In this document: positions 57,181 through 64,000 of the stretch, piece after piece
Position numbering within the stretch: the first letter of the stretch is position 1
Layout of the letters: every line of letters begins with the position of its first letter
Assembly: GCA_016180435.1 (NCBI GenBank)
Contig: JACPBG010000001.1
Coordinates: forward strand, 136,358 to 200,357
Reading direction: 5' to 3'
From: Candidatus Sungiibacteriota bacterium
Lineage (GTDB): Bacteria; Patescibacteriota; Minisyncoccia; Sungbacterales; HO2-52-23
DNA: 64,000 bases
Position numbers and translations under genes: made by a program
Notes under the pieces: model-generated
Told to the model about the DNA's origin: nothing
The model's input: only the letters and a program-made list of their open reading frames with translations
Database searches by the model: none

Positions 57181-57252
57181 TCCTCCCACCTGGAATCGAA
57201 CCAGGACCAACGGCTTAAAAGGCCGCTGCTCTACCAATTGAGCTATGGGAGG
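57181..57252 (-). tRNA. tRNA-Lys (anticodon TTT)
   Basis: Minus strand: CCTCCCATAGCTCAATTGGTAGAGCAGCGGCCTTTTAAGCCGTTGGTCCTGGTTCGATTCCAGGTGGGAGGA. Anticodon loop CTTTTAA. C1-G72 pair. Confidence 0.8.
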
Positions 57253-57267
57253 ATAAATTTTAGTACG

Positions 57268-57290
57268 GGACCAATTGAGCTATGGGAGGG
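57268..57290 (-). pseudogene. Duplicated tRNA-Lys 5' fragment (acceptor plus D-arm, about 23 nt) 15 nt upstream of tRNA-Lys
   Basis: Minus strand: CCCTCCCATAGCTCAATTGGTCCC. Confidence 0.5.
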
Positions 57291-57292
57291 AA

Positions 57293-57832
57293 TTATGATC
57301 TCCGCCATTCGGATTTATTGCCCTTGCGCTGATTTTCTGCCATTGCCAGCTCATCATATATACCGTCAATAAGCCGATAGTTTTTCGCCTCCTCAAGAGT
57401 TACCCAACGAAATTCGTCGGTCTCATCCGGTTTAAGCGCAACTTCGCCCGATTGATAATCAGCGAGGCATGAAATAACCAAAGATGGATTTCCATCGCCA
57501 TGCACAGTAGCCAAACTTGTAACATAGGCAATGTTCGCAATATTCAATCCGACCTCCTCTTTTACTTCGCGCCGCAAAACTTTTTCCAGCACATTATACC
57601 AATAATCGGCAGTATCTTTGGGTAAATTAATGTAATCATTGATTTCCAACTTGCCGCCCGGAACAGTCCACATTCCCGGAAAACGTTTTTTGTTAGATGA
57701 ACGCCTCGTAATCAAATACTTTCCGTTTTTTACAATGATAGCGGTAATTACTACTTCGTGAAGATGCTGATTTTTATTATCCATATTTTTAAAATTTTTG
57801 GGGGGTGGGTTTTTTAAGCCGAAGCGTACCAT
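57293..57832 (-). CDS. Nudix hydrolase
   Basis: Nudix box G(x5)E(x7)REVKEEVGL present. Confidence 0.75.
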   Translation of the reverse strand: MVRFGLKNPPPKNFKNMDNKNQHLHEVVITAIIVKNGKYLITRRSSNKKRFPGMWTVPGGKLEINDYINLPKDTADYWYNVLEKVLRREVKEEVGLNIANIAYVTSLATVHGDGNPSLVISCLADYQSGEVALKPDETDEFRWVTLEEAKNYRLIDGIYDELAMAENQRKGNKSEWRRS

Positions 57833-57990
57833 ACATATTAGTATTATTGTATCACAAATATACTTTTATGACAAATTCTACGAAGTTACAAAAATATATG
57901 CGCGATACAAAGTGGCGTTATCTATTTTTGCTGATGCAATCTCACTAAGTTCTTGAAAATGCGTAAAATTTATCGTAACCTGTAGAAGTT

Positions 57991-60099
57991 ATGGCGCAGG
58001 ATTATTTTTTGGCCTTGATTTACTACCTGGTTTTTCTGGCATTCGCACCGGCCGGATTTTGGGCTGCGCAGATTTTCATATCCGATTTTCGCTCGGCCTA
58101 TGCTGTTTCCAAACTCCTCGGACTTCTTATTTTCGGATATTTTATTTGGCTGCTATCTTCTCTTCAATTCCTTGATTTCCAAAACATCTTTTTTATAAGA
58201 ATGTTTTTTATGCTGCTTGCGTCTGCAAGTATCTGGACGCTGTTTAAATATTGGCCCGAAGAATGGAAAAAAAACCGCAAGACCAATTTTAAAACCGTGC
58301 TCATGACCGAGGCCTTTTGGATTATTTTATATTTGGCCTATCTCTGGTTAAGATCCCATAATGCCGAAATTCACGGAACCGAGCGCTTTATGGACATGGC
58401 ATTTCTTAAAGCATCATCTCTGACCGATTACTTTCCGCCGATTGATCCCTGGATGGCGGGAAACCCGATAAATTATTATTACTACGGCCATTATCTTTTT
58501 TCTTTGGTCTCCAATCTTTCCGGTATTGGCGTAAATTTCACATATACATTTGCCCTCGGAATTATTTTCAGTTCCTCGCTGATGCTTGCCTGGACCTTTG
58601 TAAGGCGCTTTGTAAATTCCAAAACTTTCGCACTGCTTGCCGCATTTTGGATCATTATTTCCGGTACAGCCGCATTTGGCGCATGCATTATTCAAACACT
58701 CGGCGCATGTTCCTACGTAAAATCAACCCGGCTTTACGAGCCCTCATATATAATCAATGAAATTCCATCTTATAGTTTTACGGTCGGAGATTTACATGCG
58801 CATCTTATTGCCCTGCCGTTTTTTCTCTTGGTATTATTTTTTTTATATGAACTTTTCAACAAAGAAACATTCGGTTTCGGCCTAATCGGAATAATGGCAG
58901 TTATTTTGGCATCGCTCGGCATGATGAACCCATGGGATTTTGTTTCATTGGCAATGATCGTTTTTTTAATCGCCGTATTCAGAATATTTCGCGCTAAAAA
59001 ATCCGGCATTACCTGGATTAAGGCCTGGGACATGGAAAAAATGATCGTGGTCAAAACAGTATTTTTGGGAGTTTTTGCGGTTATTTTAATGCTGCCGTTT
59101 TTAATGCATTTTGAAGGCGGAGCCGGAGGAATAGGATTTTCCCCGGTATATGCGGCAAATCATAATCTTCTTTATAACTATCAATATCCGACGCCGTTTT
59201 GGGGGTGGATCGGCATTTGGGGAGGTTTTGCCCTAATTTTGGCGCTTAGTGCCGCGATACTGCGGAGAATCTTTTTCAATGCGCAAAACTTTACGGCTCT
59301 TCTTATTCTGGCCGGAATTTTGCTTTTGGCCGGAGTGGAACTATTTTTTGTAAAAGACATTTATTCGCTTGCCAATCCCCCGTATTTCAGGGCAAACACG
59401 GTTTTTAAATTCGGCTTCCACACCTGGACCCTTCTTTCGCTGGCAGCCGCAAGCACTTCGGCACAGGCCCTGCGCGAATACAAATTTTCCAGGACCAGAT
59501 TAAAAAATGCGCGGATATACGCCCGGATCCTGCCTGTCATTATAACTATTTTGGTTTTGCTCGGACTTTTTTATCCGATCAAAGCCCTGAATGAATTTTA
59601 TCTTTCCTCAAATTCTGCACAAACGCTGGACGGATCTTTGTTTTTGAAAACGCTTTATCCGGACGATTACGCGGCAGTCATGTGGCTGAACAACAATGCG
59701 CGCCAACGTGAAGTGCTTATTGAAGCGGCCGGAGACAGTTATACTGATTACGGAAGAATAGGAATTTTTTCCGGAATGATGAATCCCATAAATTGGATGA
59801 CGCATGAATGGGGCTGGCGCTTCAAGCCGCAGGGCGAGCCCCCAGCCGATCCGAATGCGCCGCGGGAATCGGGCTGGAGCAAAGTTGCCGCCCTGTCCGG
59901 AGAAATACGCGGAATATACGAATCAAACGACCCGGAAACAACCCGCGCGCTACTACGCAAACACAGCGCCGGATTTATTTATATCGGCGACCTTGAAAGA
60001 AAAGAATATCCCAATCTTATGGAATCAAAATTTTATCAGCTTGGGTCAGTGATTTTTTCTTCCGGCAACGCCAAGTTATTCAAGTTGGAATTTGAATAA
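57991..60099 (+). CDS. Large polytopic membrane protein of the DUF2298 / Chlor_Arch_YYY family
   Basis: Signature PINYYYYGHYLFSL and about 14 TM helices. Confidence 0.65.
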   Translation: MAQDYFLALIYYLVFLAFAPAGFWAAQIFISDFRSAYAVSKLLGLLIFGYFIWLLSSLQFLDFQNIFFIRMFFMLLASASIWTLFKYWPEEWKKNRKTNFKTVLMTEAFWIILYLAYLWLRSHNAEIHGTERFMDMAFLKASSLTDYFPPIDPWMAGNPINYYYYGHYLFSLVSNLSGIGVNFTYTFALGIIFSSSLMLAWTFVRRFVNSKTFALLAAFWIIISGTAAFGACIIQTLGACSYVKSTRLYEPSYIINEIPSYSFTVGDLHAHLIALPFFLLVLFFLYELFNKETFGFGLIGIMAVILASLGMMNPWDFVSLAMIVFLIAVFRIFRAKKSGITWIKAWDMEKMIVVKTVFLGVFAVILMLPFLMHFEGGAGGIGFSPVYAANHNLLYNYQYPTPFWGWIGIWGGFALILALSAAILRRIFFNAQNFTALLILAGILLLAGVELFFVKDIYSLANPPYFRANTVFKFGFHTWTLLSLAAASTSAQALREYKFSRTRLKNARIYARILPVIITILVLLGLFYPIKALNEFYLSSNSAQTLDGSLFLKTLYPDDYAAVMWLNNNARQREVLIEAAGDSYTDYGRIGIFSGMMNPINWMTHEWGWRFKPQGEPPADPNAPRESGWSKVAALSGEIRGIYESNDPETTRALLRKHSAGFIYIGDLERKEYPNLMESKFYQLGSVIFSSGNAKLFKLEFE

Positions 60100-60104
60100 A
60101 GTAG

Positions 60105-60247
60105 AGTTTGGTGAATAATAAGATTAAGCCAATTTTATTCTTCGAGCCTGTCGAGAAGTACATTATGGATTAAGGTAATTTCTCGACGCGCCACTGTCAC
60201 GGCTTGCTCAAAAAATAACCTATTTTATGCATTATTCACCAAACTCA
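60105..60247. repeat. MITE-like family E, full-length palindromic copy
   Basis: Terminal inverted repeats gagtttggtgaataat / attattcaccaaactc around ttcgagcctgtcgagaagtacattatggattaaggtaatttctcgac. Confidence 0.65.
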
Positions 60248-60325
60248 AAGTAACAAATTTGCATAAATATATGCGTTGTGTAAAATTAAATTGTCGCAAC
60301 ATTATAAAAGATATCATTAAAATCT

Positions 60326-61336
60326 ATGAAAAATACACTTTTTATCACACTTTTTCTGGCTCTGGCCATGCCCGCATTCGGCCAGGAAGCCGGGGTATAT
60401 CTTACCGATGCCAGCGGAAACAAAATAACGCAATTTAATGTCGGGGACTCGGTTTATCTTGAAGGCATCTGCCCTTCGGCCGGAGGAGTTAGTGCAAGAA
60501 TCTATATTACTCCGGATAAAACCTGGAAAGCCGGAGACCAGTTGCAGGATGTTTCCGCCGGAATTGAGGCCCTGCAAATTCCAAGCAATGGCACGATAGT
60601 GTCCACAAAAATCTGGAATTACGCCAATGGAGGCGCGTATGACGCTATCATTGATACAAATAATGATATGATTTTGCAGGATTACGAAAGCTGTATTGTC
60701 GGCAAAACCGATATCGGATTTCGCGTAGGAATAGTGGCTACTCCGACTCCGACACCCACGCCGGTACCTACGCCCACTCCAACCCCCGTTGTACTTACGC
60801 CATCTCCAACGCCAACTCCTGCGCCCGTAACGCCTGTGCCGTCTCAACCCTCGCAATTATTTACGCTTGATTCTTATGTTGAAACAAAAAGCCTTGCCAA
60901 TGTCCGGAAATCCCCCGGTGGAACCCTGCTTGGACAGCAACTTAGCGGAGTCGGCGGCACTGTAATAGGCGGACCGGTACAAGCATCTTTATCCGGAATC
61001 CCGCAATGGTTCTGGAATGTGAATTTCAATGATGGCCCTGACGGCTGGGTTGCGGAATTTACGCTGAAATCCGCAACAAAGCCGGTGCCGAAAACAGAGC
61101 CCGAGCCAACACCCGAACCCGAAGCCACTCCGGAACCGTCCCAAGAAGTGACAATTACGGAACCGGCTCCGGTTTTGACAGAAAAACCGTTTGAAGGAAA
61201 TCTTGCGCAGGTATCGGAATCCGCGGGAAATTCCGGATGGAATTCTTTCCTGGGCGCAGCAGTCATCGGACTTGCTATTTTACTCGGACTTATCATTGGA
61301 TCCTCAATCATTGCCCGCGCTATTCGCAAAAATTAA
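60326..61336 (+). CDS. Secreted surface protein with Pro/Thr-rich linkers and C-terminal TM anchor
   Basis: Signal peptide MKNTLFITLFLALAMPAFG; TPTPTPTPVPTPTPTP linker; C-terminal hydrophobic helix plus RAIRKN. Confidence 0.55.
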   Translation: MKNTLFITLFLALAMPAFGQEAGVYLTDASGNKITQFNVGDSVYLEGICPSAGGVSARIYITPDKTWKAGDQLQDVSAGIEALQIPSNGTIVSTKIWNYANGGAYDAIIDTNNDMILQDYESCIVGKTDIGFRVGIVATPTPTPTPVPTPTPTPVVLTPSPTPTPAPVTPVPSQPSQLFTLDSYVETKSLANVRKSPGGTLLGQQLSGVGGTVIGGPVQASLSGIPQWFWNVNFNDGPDGWVAEFTLKSATKPVPKTEPEPTPEPEATPEPSQEVTITEPAPVLTEKPFEGNLAQVSESAGNSGWNSFLGAAVIGLAILLGLIIGSSIIARAIRKN

Positions 61337-61354
61337 AATCACTTTTTCTGTCCT

Positions 61355-61382
61355 CAAAAAACCGAGTCCAACTCGGTTTTTT
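61355..61382 (+). terminator. Intrinsic terminator after the surface-protein gene
   Basis: AACCGAGtccaaCTCGGTT followed by ttttt. Confidence 0.75.
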
Positions 61383-61570
61383 GTATACTGACTCGAATAA
61401 TACGAAATAAACCCTGGTTCAAACTCTGCTCATTTCATGGAAATTTTCTATCTTATGCTTATCCGCGGTCGCGGATAAGCATAAGATGGCATAGCTTAAA
61501 ATAGTTCGGACGGTTTTCATTACAAGTTTTTCTTTGCTTGCCGGCTGTAGTTTTAACGAAGGCTGGGCGG

Positions 61571-61611
61571 CAAATTCTTTGAAAAAGAAAATCGCCTTCC
61601 GAAGAAGGCGA
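61571..61611 (-). terminator. Intrinsic terminator after the ASCH-like gene
   Basis: Hairpin TCGCCTTCcgaaGAAGGCGA followed on the minus strand by ttttctttttc. Confidence 0.7.
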
Positions 61612-61627
61612 CGATATACGATTCGGC

Positions 61628-62086
61628 TTAAAGCGAGACACCTATTTCTTTGAGAGCCTTGGCCACAATAAAGACCGGAACATTGAATAGTCTGACTGCC
61701 CCTTGCGGTGGCTTGAACGGAACTGGCTTTTTGAAACGCTTAAGGTTCTTGAACTCATATCGCCAAGATCCGGCGCCAATACTGACTGTACCGGTGTCGT
61801 TATCAAACTCTCTCTCAATCTGCTCTGCTTCCGCATCGGTGAGTTCTCGAACCGGAACAAGTTCTCCTACGCCGACAAGAACACCACGAAGGGTATTTTT
61901 GGAATCAAGACCGTGTGCTTTCGCAACATCACGGGCAGTGCTCGTAGAGGTGTAAAGAAGGGTCAGCCCTGTATGGCTCCAACGCCATGTACGTGTCTTT
62001 GCCGAGAGCTTCCCTCGAAGCAAAAGCTCATTGTATGGGAACGAATTGGGAAATGCGGGAATAGTCTTGCCATTGCCGTTTTTCAT
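61628..62086 (-). CDS. ASCH-like (PUA-fold) domain protein
   Basis: ELLLRGKLSAKTRTWRWSHTGLTLLY resembles the ASCH N-terminal GxK..E.R.W motif; weak. Confidence 0.4.
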   Translation of the reverse strand: MKNGNGKTIPAFPNSFPYNELLLRGKLSAKTRTWRWSHTGLTLLYTSTSTARDVAKAHGLDSKNTLRGVLVGVGELVPVRELTDAEAEQIEREFDNDTGTVSIGAGSWRYEFKNLKRFKKPVPFKPPQGAVRLFNVPVFIVAKALKEIGVSL

Positions 62087-62237
62087 TGTTTTCCTCCTGT
62101 TTGGACTGGGAAAAGATCTACGTAGAGGTTAGCAAATATCAGTATAAAATGTCAAGAGGCGGCCAATGCCGCTTCTTGAAAAAATCTTATAAAATTTTTC
62201 TTTTCACAAAATTAAAATGCGGTTCGAACCGATATTT

Positions 62238-62308
62238 TGGACCCGAGGAGAATTGAACTCCTGTTTCCCGCGTGCAAGGCGGGTGCTCTACCACTAAGCT
62301 ACGGGCCC
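62238..62308 (-). tRNA. tRNA-Ala (anticodon TGC)
   Basis: Minus strand: GGGCCCGTAGCTTAGTGGTAGAGCACCCGCCTTGCACGCGGGAAACAGGAGTTCAATTCTCCTCGGGTCCA. Anticodon loop CTTGCAC. G3-T70 wobble. Confidence 0.85.
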
Positions 62309-62344
62309 TCTCAAAAAATGGAAGAGTGAACAAGCCGGGTACAT

Positions 62345-62722
62345 TTAAGCGGCCCTGAGATTAGAAGAATTTTCTTCTAACTCGTCTTTATTTTCTTCAT
62401 TTGCCGGCTTGGCTTCGTCATAACTCAACCACGCATTGGTCCGAGACGCTTCCGTCTCTTCAATTGTTTTCAGCGGAGAAATTTCGTGAAAATTAAGCCA
62501 GGCGTCCACTTTATTTCCGTCCGGCAATACAAACTCAACGAGCAAATCCTGAACAGATCCTCCAATCTGCTTTATTTTACCAACCGTACCCGGAGCCACA
62601 CGGCAATCCTTATTTCCGAGCCTGCCTGGTATAGTTACCCAATTTTCCAGACGAGCTGATATGCCTACTTTCCATCCTTCCTCCGGTTCATTTTTTTCGA
62701 ATTTTTTAGATGATTCCTTCAT
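62345..62722 (-). CDS. Hypothetical protein
   Basis: 125-aa ORF. Confidence 0.4.
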   Translation of the reverse strand: MKESSKKFEKNEPEEGWKVGISARLENWVTIPGRLGNKDCRVAPGTVGKIKQIGGSVQDLLVEFVLPDGNKVDAWLNFHEISPLKTIEETEASRTNAWLSYDEAKPANEENKDELEENSSNLRAA

Positions 62723-62756
62723 GTTTTTTATAAATCTACCAAATGGTTAGAAAAAA

Positions 62757-63296
62757 TCAAGTGTCCGACTCAAACCGGCGAAATAGGATAATCACGGCCA
62801 GAGGCACAATCACCCACCAGATATGATAGGCGGGATTCGCAAATACGGTTCGGGTGAACGGCGCCAAAATTTCAAATCGGCCCGGCGGCAGAAAGCTCAA
62901 AAAAATGTGGATTAGAAGCCCGGCCTGCAAAAAACACAAAATAAATATTTTCCACCAGGAACCGGCGGGCGTAATTCCCCGGCTCCGCCTGGAACCCAGC
63001 GAAAATGCAAGCAAAAGGAAAGTCGCCGTAAAAACCGCTGTTTTGGCAAAAAATTCCTCAACCTCGCTGAAATTTTTAAACCAAGCGCCTAACGGCAACG
63101 CCAAAAACAGCGCATATGCCGCATAAGTATAAATTATTGTCGCGGCAACGCGCGATTTTCCGGCAAAAATCCCGTAAAAAAACCCTCCGGCGATCAATGC
63201 CAAAATAGAAATGATATCCCAGGTCGGATGGGACCAAATCGCTTGTGCCGTTGCGCTTATGGCTCCAAGTTCAGGCATAATTATATTATAGCACAA
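62757..63296 (-). CDS. Hypothetical polytopic membrane protein
   Basis: 179 aa with 4-5 TM helices; start possibly the MPELGAIS Met. Confidence 0.4.
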   Translation of the reverse strand: MCYNIIMPELGAISATAQAIWSHPTWDIISILALIAGGFFYGIFAGKSRVAATIIYTYAAYALFLALPLGAWFKNFSEVEEFFAKTAVFTATFLLLAFSLGSRRSRGITPAGSWWKIFILCFLQAGLLIHIFLSFLPPGRFEILAPFTRTVFANPAYHIWWVIVPLAVIILFRRFESDT

Positions 63297-63456
63297 TTAC
63301 TATATATTTAAATCCCCACCACGTGGGGATTTAAATATATTCATACTTAACTTTTCTTCTTAAGGCGCATGCCGTGTATGAACTTACTATCAAGATAATT
63401 CGGTCGAGGCAATATGATTTTGAAACAAAAGCCCCCAGTGAGTTATTGCGGCTTCG

Positions 63457-63593
63457 TATATTGTAATTTCAGACAATGGGAGGACGCGAAAGCTTGGTCC
63501 GAGCACTCAAAAATTTTGAGTGCTCGGTTTCGCGTCCGACCCTTAGCGAATCCCGCGCTGGACGGGACGAGTCGTGTCTGAAATTACAATATA
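63457..63593. repeat. Structured repeat family A, copy 3, 70 nt past the groEL stop
   Basis: tatattgtaatttcagaca ... tgtctgaaattacaatata closing stem. Conserved AATGGGAGG and CGACCCTTAGCGA cores. Internal hairpins differ from the other copies with compensation. Confidence 0.65.
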
Positions 63594-63662
63594 CGAGAGC
63601 CGCGTAAGCGAGTAAACGTGTTTCAAAATCATGTTGCCGAGTAAACCGAATTATCAAGTCCA

Positions 63663-64000
63663 TTAATAATCCTCATGCGGCATCGCCGGCATCTTTTCCT
63701 TCTTCTCCGGCAGTTCCGCCACCGCGGCTTCGGTAGTAAGAAACATGGCCGCCACGGATACCGCGTTCTGCAGGGCAAATCGCACAACTTTCAACGGATC
63801 AATGATACCCGCCGCAAACATATCTTTTACAAGCTCTCCGGAAAGCGCGTTATATCCTCCGTATTCTCCGGTACGGATAAGATTGGCAATAACCACGCCG
63901 TCTTCCCGGCCGGCATTAGCCACAATTTGGCGCAAGGGCTCCTCCAGCGCGCCCATTAAAATTTCACGCGCGGAATCAAATTCTCGTTTAGTATCTGCCG
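63663..64000 (-). CDS. groEL: Chaperonin GroEL (C-terminal end only; gene continues past the window 3' edge)
   Basis: ...[34 protein letters not shown]... matches the GroEL C-terminal equatorial domain. Confidence 0.85.
   Translation of the reverse strand, partial: ADTKREFDSAREILMGALEEPLRQIVANAGREDGVVIANLIRTGEYGGYNALSGELVKDMFAAGIIDPLKVVRFALQNAVSVAAMFLTTEAAVAELPEKKEKMPAMPHEDY

Noticed and set aside
1-64000. Search for a CRISPR array, cas genes, reverse transcriptase (for a DGR or retron), transposase, integrase, rRNA
   Set aside because: No array of regularly spaced direct repeats, no YxDD reverse-transcriptase motif, no DDE/HUH transposase or tyrosine/serine recombinase signatures, and no rRNA-like conserved blocks were seen in any ORF or intergenic region. 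A DGR was specifically considered because of the surface proteins, but no RT or template/variable repeat pair was found.

Overview
This 64-kb window looks like a small, gene-dense chromosome segment from a reduced-genome bacterium, possibly Patescibacteria/CPR-like. That guess rests on short rpoB and aspS genes, many surface and membrane proteins, and a compact cell-wall cluster; it is inference only. Housekeeping genes include rpoC (partial, runs off the 5' edge), rpoB, secG, RNase J, trpS, a 3-methyladenine glycosylase, a metY-like PLP enzyme, typA/bipA, obg, murF, ftsI, ftsL, rsmH, mraZ, aspS and the groEL C-terminus (runs off the 3' edge). Four tRNAs are called: Leu-CAG, Glu-CTC, Lys-TTT and Ala-TGC. 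Accessory content includes a minus-strand operon of CcdA/DsbD-like membrane proteins plus a TlpA-like thioredoxin and Cys-rich exported proteins (18.4-23 kb). There is a 1240-aa repetitive surface protein, an AT-rich operon of small membrane proteins with an RCC1-repeat surface protein (53.8-57 kb), and a proline dehydrogenase plus P5C dehydrogenase pair next to an amidinotransferase-fold enzyme. A DUF559 endonuclease-domain gene sits beside an ArsR regulator, and there is an orphan histidine kinase. The most striking signal is non-coding. At least eight families of short intergenic repeats were found by eye, each in 2-3 copies. Two families have conserved single-stranded cores bounded by helices that covary between copies, which suggests structured RNAs or REP-like elements; one of these sits immediately 3' of rpoB, ftsI and groEL. 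One palindromic MITE-like family supplies the stop codons and last residues of obg, the thioredoxin-like gene and a small ORF. Every tRNA gene is accompanied by a duplicated fragment of its own 5' end, and tRNA-Glu(CTC) is flanked by the two halves of a second Glu-like tRNA lacking an anticodon arm. No CRISPR array, rRNA, reverse transcriptase, transposase or integrase was recognised. All functional calls rest on motif recognition by eye, with no searches run.
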